DNA from: Bizionia arctica
Lineage (GTDB): Bacteria; Bacteroidota; Bacteroidia; Flavobacteriales; Flavobacteriaceae
Assembly (NCBI RefSeq): GCF_014638915.1
Contig: NZ_BMFQ01000001.1
Location: forward strand, 817,142 to 881,141
DNA: 64,000 nt
Reading direction: 5' to 3'
The notes beneath the pieces are model-generated. The model worked only from the letters and a program-made list of their open reading frames with translations. It searched no databases and was not told where the DNA came from. Every line of letters begins with the position of its first letter. The stretch's first letter is position 1. Shown one piece after another: positions 30,502 to 39,526 of this stretch. The position numbers were made by a program, and so were the translations under genes.

Positions 30502-30716
30502 TTAGTCTTGTCTAGAATGAAACGACTGTTTCATTTGCAAAATTAGGAGTTTATTTCTGGATCTTTATGGAAGAAACATATTTGTAACAGATTAAATATA
30601 ACATAGTAAATGTGCTTGATTATGGAAGGAATTCCTTGTCAACTCTTCTTGCTAAATAATATGATAGGCCAATAAAAGGTCTTATATTTCGTCTTTAATT
30701 TTTAAAACATAGAACT

Positions 30717-31289
30717 ATGACCGAATGGTTTTCAAATTTAGAATTGTTTTCAAAAGTCTATTGGAGCGTCGCTTTAATAGGGTCCTTTGTTTTTGCAATC
30801 ACAATGGTTTTAACATTTATTGGTGGTGATACTGGCGATTTGGATACCGATGCTGAAATTGATGGAGATACAGGAATGGGTTTTCAATTTATCACTTTCA
30901 AGAACCTCGTTAGTTTCTTTACCTTATTTGGCTGGAGTGGTATTGCTTGTATTGATGCTGATTTGTCTAAACCTCTAACCATAATGATTTCGGTGATTTG
31001 TGGTTTGATAATGATGACCATTATGGCTGCCATGTTTTACTATATGCGAAAACTAAATGACAGCGGGACACTGGTTTTTAAAAATGCTATAGGCGAAATA
31101 GGTGAGGTATATTTAACCATTGGAGCAAATAGATCTAAAATTGGAAAGGCTCATGTAAAAATACAAGGAGCTTTAAGAGAATTGGAAGCCTTAACAGACT
31201 CTGAAACAGATTTAAAATCTGGTTCAGTAATAAAAGTAAAAAGTATAACCCCAAATGGAATTTTAATTGTTGAACAACTAACCAAATAA
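30717..31289 (+). CDS. NfeD-like membrane protein (YuaF/YqeZ short form) with C-terminal OB-fold
   Basis: Multi-TM N-terminus, C-terminal beta-rich domain. Positioned 3 bp upstream of the flotillin gene, the classical NfeD-SPFH pairing. Confidence 0.6.
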   Translation: MTEWFSNLELFSKVYWSVALIGSFVFAITMVLTFIGGDTGDLDTDAEIDGDTGMGFQFITFKNLVSFFTLFGWSGIACIDADLSKPLTIMISVICGLIMMTIMAAMFYYMRKLNDSGTLVFKNAIGEIGEVYLTIGANRSKIGKAHVKIQGALRELEALTDSETDLKSGSVIKVKSITPNGILIVEQLTK

Positions 31290-31292
31290 TAT

Positions 31293-32708
31293 ATGATATC
31301 ATTAACTACCCAAAACGCTTTTAGTTTAGGCCTACCCATGGCAATTATTGCGGCCATTTTATTTATTTTCTTATTTCTTATTGTTTTAGTAAGACGCTAC
31401 AAACGCTGTCCTTCAGATAGAATTCTAGTGGTTTATGGAAAAGTAGGTGGAGGTCAATCTGCAAAATGTATCCATGGTGGAGCGGCTTTTATTGTTCCAG
31501 TTATTCAGGATTATCAGTTTCTAGATTTAACGCCTATTTCAATAGAGGTTAATTTAGTAAACGCCCTTTCCAAACAAAATATTCGTGTAAACGTTCCTTC
31601 AAGATTTACCATTGGTGTTTCTACAGAACCTGGAATTATGCAAAATGCGGCTGAACGTTTATTAGGTTTAGGTCAAAATGAAATTCAAGATTTAGCTCAA
31701 GAAATTATTTTTGGTCAACTGCGTTTAGTAGTAGCCTCTATGGATATTGAAGAAATTAATAACGACCGTGATAAATTTTTAACCAACATTTCTGAAAGTG
31801 TTGAAACGGAACTTAAAAAAGTAGGTCTAAAACTTATCAACGTAAACATTACAGATATTGTTGATGAGTCTGGATATATTGAAGCTCTTGGTAAGGAAGC
31901 TGCGGCGCATGCCATAAATGCAGCTCGTAAATCGGTTGCCGAGAAAAATAGAGATGGTTCTATTGGAGAAGCAAATGCCGTTCAAGATGAAAGATCTCAA
32001 GTTGCTGCAGCAAATGCTCAAGCAGTTGAAGGAGAAAATACCGCGAAAATTGCAGTTGCAAATTCCGATTCTTTACGTCGTCAAAGAGAAGCTGAAGCAG
32101 AACGTGTAGCAATAGCATCAGAAAAAGTGCAAACAGCAAAAGCTTTAGAAGAATCTTATGCGGCCGAGCAGATAGCAGAAGTTGCCAGAGCAGAACGTGA
32201 GCGTTCTTCTCAAGTAGCAGATATTATTGTTCCTGCTGAAATTGATAAGAGAAAGGTTGAAATAGATGCCGAAGCGCGAGCAGAAAACATTAGAAGGATT
32301 GCTAAAGGGGAAGCCGATGCGATTTTATTTAAAGCTCAGGCCGAAGCACAAGGTTTGTATGAAGTATTAACCAAACAAGCCGCTGGTTTAGATCAAATTG
32401 TTAAAGCCGCAGGAAACAATTCTAAAGATGCCGTACTCTTATTAATTGCTGATAAATTACCTGAATTGGTTAAAATGCAATCTGAAGCTATTAAAAATAT
32501 TAAAATTGATAAAGTGACCGTTTGGGAAAATGGAGGAGGAGAAAATGGAAAGTCATCAACAGCAAACTTCCTTTCTGGAATGTATAAATCAGTACCGCCA
32601 TTACAAGAAATGTTTAATATGGCAGGAATGGAATTACCAGAGTATTTAAAAGGGAAAGATTTAGAAGTTAAATCGGACTCAGACACGAAGGATATTGGTA
32701 ACTCTTAA
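31293..32708 (+). CDS. flotillin-family SPFH/band-7 protein (FloT/YuaG-like)
   Basis: N-terminal TM, SPFH domain, long Ala/Glu-rich coiled-coil (AEAERVAIASEKVQTAKALEE…). 471 aa. Confidence 0.85.
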   Translation: MISLTTQNAFSLGLPMAIIAAILFIFLFLIVLVRRYKRCPSDRILVVYGKVGGGQSAKCIHGGAAFIVPVIQDYQFLDLTPISIEVNLVNALSKQNIRVNVPSRFTIGVSTEPGIMQNAAERLLGLGQNEIQDLAQEIIFGQLRLVVASMDIEEINNDRDKFLTNISESVETELKKVGLKLINVNITDIVDESGYIEALGKEAAAHAINAARKSVAEKNRDGSIGEANAVQDERSQVAAANAQAVEGENTAKIAVANSDSLRRQREAEAERVAIASEKVQTAKALEESYAAEQIAEVARAERERSSQVADIIVPAEIDKRKVEIDAEARAENIRRIAKGEADAILFKAQAEAQGLYEVLTKQAAGLDQIVKAAGNNSKDAVLLLIADKLPELVKMQSEAIKNIKIDKVTVWENGGGENGKSSTANFLSGMYKSVPPLQEMFNMAGMELPEYLKGKDLEVKSDSDTKDIGNS

Positions 32709-32722
32709 GTTGCAAAATAAAT

Positions 32723-32757
32723 TAAAATTCCACCGCAAAGGTGGAATTTTCTTTTTT
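32723..32757 (+). terminator. rho-independent terminator (aaaattccaccg caaa ggtggaatttt plus T-run)
   Basis: Read directly. Confidence 0.6.
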
Positions 32758-32790
32758 ATCAAATATACTTCGATTCCAATATGTGAATTC

Positions 32791-33369
32791 TTACTTGTAA
32801 AAATTCATCTCACTCAAATACTCCCAAACATGTTCAGGAAGCATGGGTTTAACATTTTTACCAGCCTTAATAGATTTTCTTATAAATGTTGAAGAAAGCT
32901 CGATAATAGGAGCTTTAACATGATGGATTTTTGTGTGTCCATCAAATTGTGTTTCTACTTGCCCTTCAGATAAACGCGGATAAGTAAATATCTCATGATT
33001 TTCTATAATAAGCTCGTTGTTTTTCCACTTATGAAAACTTTTTAAATTGTCTTCTCCCATAATTAAACTAAACTCGTAATCCGGAAATTTCTCTTCCAAA
33101 TGGACTAAGGTATTTATAGTATAATTAGGCTGAGGTAGGTTGAATTCTATGTCACTCGCACTTAATTTATCATAATCTTTGGTGGCTCGATACACCATCT
33201 CTAAGCGTTGGTAATTATCAAGCAAGGTACTTTTCTTTTTAAACGGATTATGCGGCGTAACTACAAACCAAACTTTGTCCAAATCACTATGTTCTACTAA
33301 ATGATTGGCAATAATTAAGTGTCCAACATGTATGGGATTAAAAGATCCGAAAAACAGCCCTATTTTCAT
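32791..33369 (-). CDS. nadD: nicotinate-nucleotide adenylyltransferase
   Basis: GSFNPIHVGHL (HxGH) motif. 192 aa. Confidence 0.9.
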   Translation of the reverse strand: MKIGLFFGSFNPIHVGHLIIANHLVEHSDLDKVWFVVTPHNPFKKKSTLLDNYQRLEMVYRATKDYDKLSASDIEFNLPQPNYTINTLVHLEEKFPDYEFSLIMGEDNLKSFHKWKNNELIIENHEIFTYPRLSEGQVETQFDGHTKIHHVKAPIIELSSTFIRKSIKAGKNVKPMLPEHVWEYLSEMNFYK

Positions 33370-33372
33370 TCC

Positions 33373-33966
33373 TTAAAAAGTGTTTTTTACAAAATCACCA
33401 ACAATAGTTTCAGCTTCATGAAGTGCTTTTTCTAAATCATCATTTTCAATAATAACATCGAATAAAGGAGCTGTTGCTAATTCTGCCGATGCTTTAGCTA
33501 TTCGCATATTAATTTTATCCGCACTTTCAGTTTCGCGTTTTTTCAATCTAATTTTTAGCTCGTCAATACTTGGTGGTTTTACAAAAACAGCAAGGGTTTC
33601 GTCGGGGAATTTTCGTTTAATACGTAAACCTCCAGAGACATCGATATCGAAGATAACATGTTTTCCTTGGGCCCAAATACGTTCCACTTCAGTTTTTAAA
33701 GTCCCATAAAAATTATCACGATAAACTTCTTCCCACTCTAGGAATTCTTCATTTTTTATTTTGCTCTTGAACTCTGAGGCAGATAAAAAATAATAATCCT
33801 TAGCATGAACTTCATCACCTCGTTTTTCTCTGGATGTAGCAGAAATGGAAAATTCTAAATTTAAATTTTCTTGTTTTAAAAGGTGTCTTACTATGGTTGT
33901 TTTACCTGATCCTGATGGAGCTGAAAAAACAATAAGTTTACCTTTAATCGGATTGCTGTTTGTCAC
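33373..33966 (-). CDS. gmk: guanylate kinase
   Basis: P-loop SAPSGSGKTT. SATSREKRGDEV…YYF and FLEWEEV…YGT motifs. Confidence 0.9.
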   Translation of the reverse strand: MTNSNPIKGKLIVFSAPSGSGKTTIVRHLLKQENLNLEFSISATSREKRGDEVHAKDYYFLSASEFKSKIKNEEFLEWEEVYRDNFYGTLKTEVERIWAQGKHVIFDIDVSGGLRIKRKFPDETLAVFVKPPSIDELKIRLKKRETESADKINMRIAKASAELATAPLFDVIIENDDLEKALHEAETIVGDFVKNTF

Positions 33967-34001
33967 GAATATATTTTTAATTTATTTTTTACTAACCCTA
34001 G

Positions 34002-34859
34002 TTAAAGGACATTTAAAAGTTGTTCCTTGATTTTTTCAAGCTCATCTTTCATCTGTACCACTAGTTTTTGCATAGGAGCATAATTACTTTTAGAACCAAT
34101 GGTATTAATTTCTCTTCCCATTTCCTGTCCAATAAAAGCTAGCTTTTTCCCGTTAGAATCGTCTGAATTTAAAGCAGAATTAAAATAATCTAAATGATTC
34201 TTTAAGCGTACTTTTTCTTCGGTGATATCGAATTTTTCAATATAGAAAACCAGTTCTTGCTCAAACCTGTTTTCATCTACCTTCTCTTTTAAGTCATCTA
34301 CTCCTTTTCTTAAGCGCTCACGAACACCTTCAATACGCTCAGGATCCATAGTTATAATCTGTTCCAGTAAGCTTTCAATATTCTCTAATCGAACTTTAAA
34401 ATCGGCTTCAAGGGCTTTTCCTTCATCTAGTCTATAGATGGCAATATTTTTTAAAGCAACTTTTATTTCTTGTAAAATGGTAACCCATTCATCTTCATCA
34501 ATATCGTCTCTTTCTGTACTTAAAGCATCAGGAAAGCGAACGGCCATTTTTAAAAGCTCCGTTTCGTCTCCATCAACTATGTCTTTAAGTTGTTTTATGT
34601 ATTGTTTAATAACGGTTTTGTTTACTTGAGTCGTTGTTTCTTCCCCAGTAATTTCAACATAAATAGAAAAATCTATTTTTCCACGCTCCAACTCACTTGC
34701 AATAAGTTTCCTTAATGACAGCTCTTTTTCTCTGTAAATAGAAGGCATTCTAGCATTCAAATCCAGGTTTTTGCTGTTAAGGGATTTTACTTCAATCGTA
34801 ATCTTTTTAGTTGGCAATTGTAACACAGATTTGCCGTAACCTGTCATGGAGTGTATCAT
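34002..34859 (-). CDS. yicC: YicC-family stress-induced protein
   Basis: N-terminal MIHSMTGYGKS signature. 285 aa. Confidence 0.85.
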   Translation of the reverse strand: MIHSMTGYGKSVLQLPTKKITIEVKSLNSKNLDLNARMPSIYREKELSLRKLIASELERGKIDFSIYVEITGEETTTQVNKTVIKQYIKQLKDIVDGDETELLKMAVRFPDALSTERDDIDEDEWVTILQEIKVALKNIAIYRLDEGKALEADFKVRLENIESLLEQIITMDPERIEGVRERLRKGVDDLKEKVDENRFEQELVFYIEKFDITEEKVRLKNHLDYFNSALNSDDSNGKKLAFIGQEMGREINTIGSKSNYAPMQKLVVQMKDELEKIKEQLLNVL

Positions 34860-34915
34860 ATCTTTTTTATAAAGTTGTACAAAGGTAGGGAAAACTAAGG
34901 GCTTAGAAAATAGTA

Positions 34916-34941
34916 TTTTTATTATGCGCGCATAATAAAAA
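34916..34941. promoter_or_regulatory. perfect 26-bp palindrome TTTTTATTATGCG|CGCATAATAAAAA in the yicC / thioesterase divergent intergenic region
   Basis: Each half is the exact reverse complement of the other. Abuts the -7 box at 34946. Confidence 0.5.
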
Positions 34942-34945
34942 TATG

Positions 34946-34953
34946 TAGTTTTG
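34946..34953 (+). promoter_or_regulatory. -7 promoter box TAgtTTTG
   Basis: 22 bp upstream of the 34976 ATG. Confidence 0.3.
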
Positions 34954-34975
34954 TTTTCTTAAAAGAAGAAACAAC

Positions 34976-35455
34976 ATGTACACAAAACAATTTGAAATTA
35001 GATGGAGTGATGTAGACGCCAACAGACATCTAGCAAATAGTGCTTATACCAATTTTATGAGTCATACTAGAATGGCATTTTTAATTGAAAATGGCTTTGG
35101 TATGAAAACCTTAGCACAATACAATATTGGTCCGGTAGTTTTTTATGAGCATATGTATTATTTTAAAGAAGCTTTTATGGGACAACCAATAACAGTTAGC
35201 TTGGAAGTTTCTGGTTTAAGTGAAGATGGTATGTTTTTTAAATTCGACCATAATTTCTATAACCACAAAGGTGAAAATATTGCACATTGTGAAATGCTTG
35301 GAGCATGGATGGATTTAGCAACTAGAAAATTAACACCCTTACATGAAACTTTATTAGCACTTGAAGAAACATTTCCTAAAACCAAAGAATATAAAACATT
35401 AACTAAAGAAGACACCAGGTCTTCAGGAAAAACCCCAGTGCATTTAAAACTATAG
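34976..35455 (+). CDS. hotdog-fold acyl-CoA thioesterase (4HBT/YbgC-like)
   Basis: N-terminal FEIRWSDVDANRHLANSAY typical of 4HBT thioesterases. Confidence 0.65.
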   Translation: MYTKQFEIRWSDVDANRHLANSAYTNFMSHTRMAFLIENGFGMKTLAQYNIGPVVFYEHMYYFKEAFMGQPITVSLEVSGLSEDGMFFKFDHNFYNHKGENIAHCEMLGAWMDLATRKLTPLHETLLALEETFPKTKEYKTLTKEDTRSSGKTPVHLKL

Positions 35456-35537
35456 TTTTTTCGAAATAAAATAGCTTTAAAATGCTAGACAATGTAAGGA
35501 AGTCTCGCTATACCATACTCTATTCTGATTTCTAGTT

Positions 35538-35891
35538 TTATCCATGAATAGCCTGCTTAGTTAATGCGGTGGTTTTTTTAGAGTTTCCAATAAAAATCTG
35601 ATCATTGAAAATAAGTACTGGACGACTTAAAAAAGTATAATGTTCTAAAATGTATTGTTTGTAATCTGCTTCTTTTAAAGCCTGGTTTTTTAAATCCATT
35701 TCTTTATAAAGCTTCGCGCGTTTACTAAATAGGGCTTCGTAAGATCCAGCAAGTGCTTTCATTTCTTCAAGCTGTTTAACCGTAATTTCTTCGTTTTTAA
35801 TATCTTGTAAAACAAAGTCAGAGGGCAAATCCAATTCCTTTAAAATTCGTAAACAGGTACTGCAAGTTTTTAAATAATAAACCTTTTTCAT
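35538..35891 (-). CDS. ArsC/Spx-family (arsenate-reductase-like) thioredoxin-fold protein
   Basis: N-terminal YYLKTCSTC motif. 117 aa. Confidence 0.6.
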   Translation of the reverse strand: MKKVYYLKTCSTCLRILKELDLPSDFVLQDIKNEEITVKQLEEMKALAGSYEALFSKRAKLYKEMDLKNQALKEADYKQYILEHYTFLSRPVLIFNDQIFIGNSKKTTALTKQAIHG

Positions 35892-35998
35892 CTTGAGTTC
35901 ACAGAAGTGAGTAATTTTTTAATTAAAACTTATTTTATACTAACAAAGAACGTCCATTTTAAATGAAAAATAATTACTTTTAAATAAAATTTAGAATC

Positions 35999-36454
35999 AT
36001 GGATTGGGCTTTCGATATTACTATAAAGAATAGAACTTTATTAAAATCATTTCTAGAATCTTCTTCTTTAGAGGCTCTTAATAAAGTGCCAAAAGGATTC
36101 AATAACAATGTTATATGGAATGTGGCACATACTATTGTAACACAGCAATTATTGGTTTATAAACTCTCTGGGTTGCCAATGCTTTTGTCTGATGAGATGG
36201 TAGATATGTACAAAAAAGGCACAAAACCTGAACGAGACGTAAGTTATGCCGAAGTCGATTTAATTAAAGGCCTGTTGTTTTCAACCATTGAAAAAACAAA
36301 AGAAGATTATAATAGTAAGATTTTTGAAACTTACAATGAATATACGGTTACTACAAAAAGCACATTAACCAACGTGGATGAAGCCATCGATTTCAATAAC
36401 TTTCATGAAGGCATTCATTTGGGGTATATTTTAGCTTTAAAGAAATCTTTATAA
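35999..36454 (+). CDS. DinB/YfiT-like four-helix-bundle protein
   Basis: Motif WNVAHTIVTQQLLV resembles the DinB_2 family. Low complexity of evidence. Confidence 0.4.
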   Translation: MDWAFDITIKNRTLLKSFLESSSLEALNKVPKGFNNNVIWNVAHTIVTQQLLVYKLSGLPMLLSDEMVDMYKKGTKPERDVSYAEVDLIKGLLFSTIEKTKEDYNSKIFETYNEYTVTTKSTLTNVDEAIDFNNFHEGIHLGYILALKKSL

Positions 36455-37165
36455 AAAATTTAAAGACGTTTGTAAATCTTCCCAAGGAATATGAATTTCA
36501 GTAATTCCTGAAGAATAAGGAGCCACTTCATAGGTGTTGTAAAGTAATATAATACCTTCTTCATCAAAGCCTATATTTTCAGGTAATTTAAAATTGTCTG
36601 GTTCAAAATACAAATCTTTTTTATCAGCAATTTCTTCGTTGAAATAAGTTTTGGCTAGTTCGGTAAAGGCCAAATAATCTTCAAATAAATCTTCATTCTT
36701 TAAGAGTTTTCCCGTTTGCGAATTGAAATTTAAAAATGAAATAATTAAATTTCCATGAGCTCCTCCAGTGTTTAAATAGCTTGTCATAGAAATCGAAATA
36801 ACGTCTGCCGATTGATACATAACGTCTCCATCAATTTGTGCTTCCCATGGAACAACACTATCTGGAAAATTAGTTTTGAAAAACGCGTATTCGTTATTAA
36901 AAAGATCGATGCTTTCTTCAACCGTTTTTGGTTCAATTCCATTAGTATCATTAACATTTAAGGATGATATAACTAATTGACTAATAGAATGGTTGATAGC
37001 CTTAGAAACAGATTCATTTCCAATGGCTTCAGGAATATTCAATTCAACTAAATTATTGGAATTTGTGGTTTTGGTAACCTCTTTAAATTCTATCGGCTTT
37101 TCTTCTTTACAAGTTTGTGAAACTAAAGAAATGATAATGGCATAAACAAAAATTTTAAAGCGCAT
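36449..37165 (-). CDS. DUF3298/DUF4163-domain lipoprotein (RsiV/PdaC-N-terminal-like)
   Basis: Signal peptide plus Cys (LVSQTCKEE). GAHGN motif typical of DUF3298. Confidence 0.5.
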   Translation of the reverse strand: MRFKIFVYAIIISLVSQTCKEEKPIEFKEVTKTTNSNNLVELNIPEAIGNESVSKAINHSISQLVISSLNVNDTNGIEPKTVEESIDLFNNEYAFFKTNFPDSVVPWEAQIDGDVMYQSADVISISMTSYLNTGGAHGNLIISFLNFNSQTGKLLKNEDLFEDYLAFTELAKTYFNEEIADKKDLYFEPDNFKLPENIGFDEEGIILLYNTYEVAPYSSGITEIHIPWEDLQTSLNFL

Positions 37166-37255
37166 AACACAAATGAATTAAGATGATGTTAAAGGTAATT
37201 ATTGCATTTGAATAGAACGAATGAAACCGTAACTTTATGAAAATATTTTAATCAA

Positions 37256-38395
37256 ATGAAATTTAATACGAAAACAATTCATGGAGGTCAAGAACGGGAC
37301 CCAGCATATGGCTCAGTCATGCCTCCAATATATCAAACCACAACTTACGCACAAACAACTCCTGGAGGGCATAAAGGCTACGAATATTCAAGATCTCACA
37401 ATCCAACTAGAACGGCACTAGAGAATGCTTTTGCAAGTTTAGAAAATGGGAATTTTGGATTAGCCTTTGGTTCTGGTTTAGCTGCCATAGATGCCGTATT
37501 AAAATTATTGAAACCTGGTGATGAGGTAATTTCAACCAGCGATTTGTATGGCGGATCTTATAGGTTATTCACGTCTATTTATGCAAAGTTTGGTATTAAA
37601 TTTCATTTTGTAAGCATGCAAAATTCTGAAAATATGGAAACGTATATTAATGAAAACACCAAGCTTATTTGGGTTGAAACACCAACCAACCCTATGATGA
37701 ATATTATAGACATTAAAGCGTGTTCAAGCATAGCGAAAAAACACAACTTGCTTTTAGCGGTCGATAATACCTTTGCTACGCCATATCTTCAACAACCGTT
37801 GGATTTAGGAGCAGATATTGTTATGCATTCGGCTACTAAATATCTTGGAGGACATAGCGATGTAGTTATGGGAGGCTTAATTGTAAAAGATAAGGACTTG
37901 GCAGATAAATTATACTTTATTCAAAATGCCAGTGGTGCTATATGTGGCCCTCAAGATAGTTTTTTAGTTTTAAGAGGTATAAAAACGCTTCATGTTAGAA
38001 TGCAACGTCATTGTGAAAATGGAAAAGCAGTTGCAGTATATTTAACTAGTCATCCCAAAATTGAAAACGTCTATTGGCCTGGTTTCGAAAATCATCCTAA
38101 CCATCAGGTAGCAAAAGCTCAAATGACCGATTTTGGAGGAATGATTTCCTTTACAACTAAAGGCAATAACTTTAAAGAAGCTATTAAAATTGTTGAGAAA
38201 TTAAAGGTCTTTACTTTGGCTGAATCTTTGGGAGGCGTGGAGTCTTTAGCGGGACATCCAGCAAGTATGACTCATGCAAGTATTCCTAAAGAAGAACGTG
38301 AGAAAACGGGAGTTTTAGATTCTTTAATAAGGTTGAGTGTAGGGATAGAGGATATTGACGACTTAATTGCAGATTTAAAACAGGCTATTGGTTAA
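37256..38395 (+). CDS. PLP-dependent trans-sulfuration enzyme (cystathionine gamma-synthase/beta-lyase family)
   Basis: Cys/Met-metabolism PLP fold. Lys-containing SATKYLGGHSDVV motif. 379 aa. Confidence 0.85.
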   Translation: MKFNTKTIHGGQERDPAYGSVMPPIYQTTTYAQTTPGGHKGYEYSRSHNPTRTALENAFASLENGNFGLAFGSGLAAIDAVLKLLKPGDEVISTSDLYGGSYRLFTSIYAKFGIKFHFVSMQNSENMETYINENTKLIWVETPTNPMMNIIDIKACSSIAKKHNLLLAVDNTFATPYLQQPLDLGADIVMHSATKYLGGHSDVVMGGLIVKDKDLADKLYFIQNASGAICGPQDSFLVLRGIKTLHVRMQRHCENGKAVAVYLTSHPKIENVYWPGFENHPNHQVAKAQMTDFGGMISFTTKGNNFKEAIKIVEKLKVFTLAESLGGVESLAGHPASMTHASIPKEEREKTGVLDSLIRLSVGIEDIDDLIADLKQAIG

Positions 38396-38414
38396 TTGGA
38401 AAACCTTAAAAATA

Positions 38415-38448
38415 AGAAGACCAAATACAACTAAGCATTTGGTCTTCT
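38415..38448. terminator. bidirectional hairpin terminator (agaagaccaaat…atttggtcttct)
   Basis: 12-bp inverted repeat between convergent genes. Confidence 0.55.
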
Positions 38449-38466
38449 ATATGTTTATAAATTTGT

Positions 38467-39288
38467 TTAGTTGTTATCTAAATAATGAATATATCCTACG
38501 TTGAACCATACAAGCCAATCATTGGTTTTATTAGATGGTAAATTATGATTTAATCCATCAACGAAATCATCAAAAAAGTATTCAAATTTCATATCAAAAA
38601 CTAAGTCAGATAACTTAGTCAGTTTGTATCTGGTTCCAATACTACCAATTAAGGTAAAGGTGGAACTATTTCCATCAAACAGAAAACTATCCTCATTAAA
38701 ATTCGGGTTTGTAGCATTTACCCAAGGCTGATAAAAATTATCTGAATCATTGATATTGCCATTTCCATAGCCTGTTTCCACAGTTGTAGTATAAAAAGTA
38801 TATTGAATTCCTAAACCAATGTATGGTGCTAATGGAAAATCCATTGCTTCAAATGCTCTAATACTCAACGGATAATACTCCAGTTGCGAGCCTATATTAA
38901 AATTTTGTGAACTCCCTGAATGTTGTCGTAAACGCTCAGCGTTTTCGCCTGTTCTTGACGGATCCACCCATTTCCCGAAGTTATTAAGATTGGTTTTATT
39001 GTAAGAAAGTTCATTTCGAACCTTAAAGTGCTGATTAAAAAAGTTTGGAAACCACCCGTAACTATAGGTTCTTAAATAAGTGAAATTCATATAGTGTAGA
39101 ATTCCAATACCAAACCCAGTATTTCCCATGTTTGTTTCAGAGTCTTTACGTTCACCAAAATCTGAATGAAAGGCAACAGGGCCAACCACAGCACCTATTT
39201 CATTAGTAAAGTTGAATTGGCTAAAACCTTTATTCATGCCTATTATAAAACACAAAATAAGTGATAAGTATTTGAAGTTAAGAATCAT
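38467..39288 (-). CDS. predicted outer-membrane beta-barrel protein (hypothetical)
   Basis: Start trimmed to MILNFKYLSLILCFIIG (signal peptide). The ORF track extends to 39351. Gly/Asn/Tyr-rich beta-strand pattern. Confidence 0.45.
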   Translation of the reverse strand: MILNFKYLSLILCFIIGMNKGFSQFNFTNEIGAVVGPVAFHSDFGERKDSETNMGNTGFGIGILHYMNFTYLRTYSYGWFPNFFNQHFKVRNELSYNKTNLNNFGKWVDPSRTGENAERLRQHSGSSQNFNIGSQLEYYPLSIRAFEAMDFPLAPYIGLGIQYTFYTTTVETGYGNGNINDSDNFYQPWVNATNPNFNEDSFLFDGNSSTFTLIGSIGTRYKLTKLSDLVFDMKFEYFFDDFVDGLNHNLPSNKTNDWLVWFNVGYIHYLDNN

Positions 39289-39473
39289 AGTTAGCTTGAT
39301 TGATAGGTCTTTTGTATTTAGCAAATATATAAAATATCGATGAACTACCAAATAAATCAGACAAAATGCAATTTATATGTGTTTTTCTACTTTTACGAGC
39401 TAAATCTAACAATTAATTAAATAATATACATTGTCAAAAATTAAAAAATAATAATTAATTTTTAAAGATAACG

Positions 39474-39481
39474 TATATTTG
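39474..39481 (+). promoter_or_regulatory. -7 promoter box TAtaTTTG for gdhA
   Basis: The ORF-track start at 39479 is a TTG inside this box. The real start is more likely the ATG at 39527. Confidence 0.35.
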
Positions 39482-39526
39482 CTCAACAAATTAACAAAAA
39501 TAGTCAACACCATTAAATTTAAACTA

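Noticed and set aside
39289-39351. N-terminal extension MVVHRYFIYLLNTKDLSIKLT of the 38467 minus-strand outer membrane protein
   Set aside because: An internal Met (MILNFKYLSLILCFIIG) gives a canonical signal peptide. The extension would bury it.
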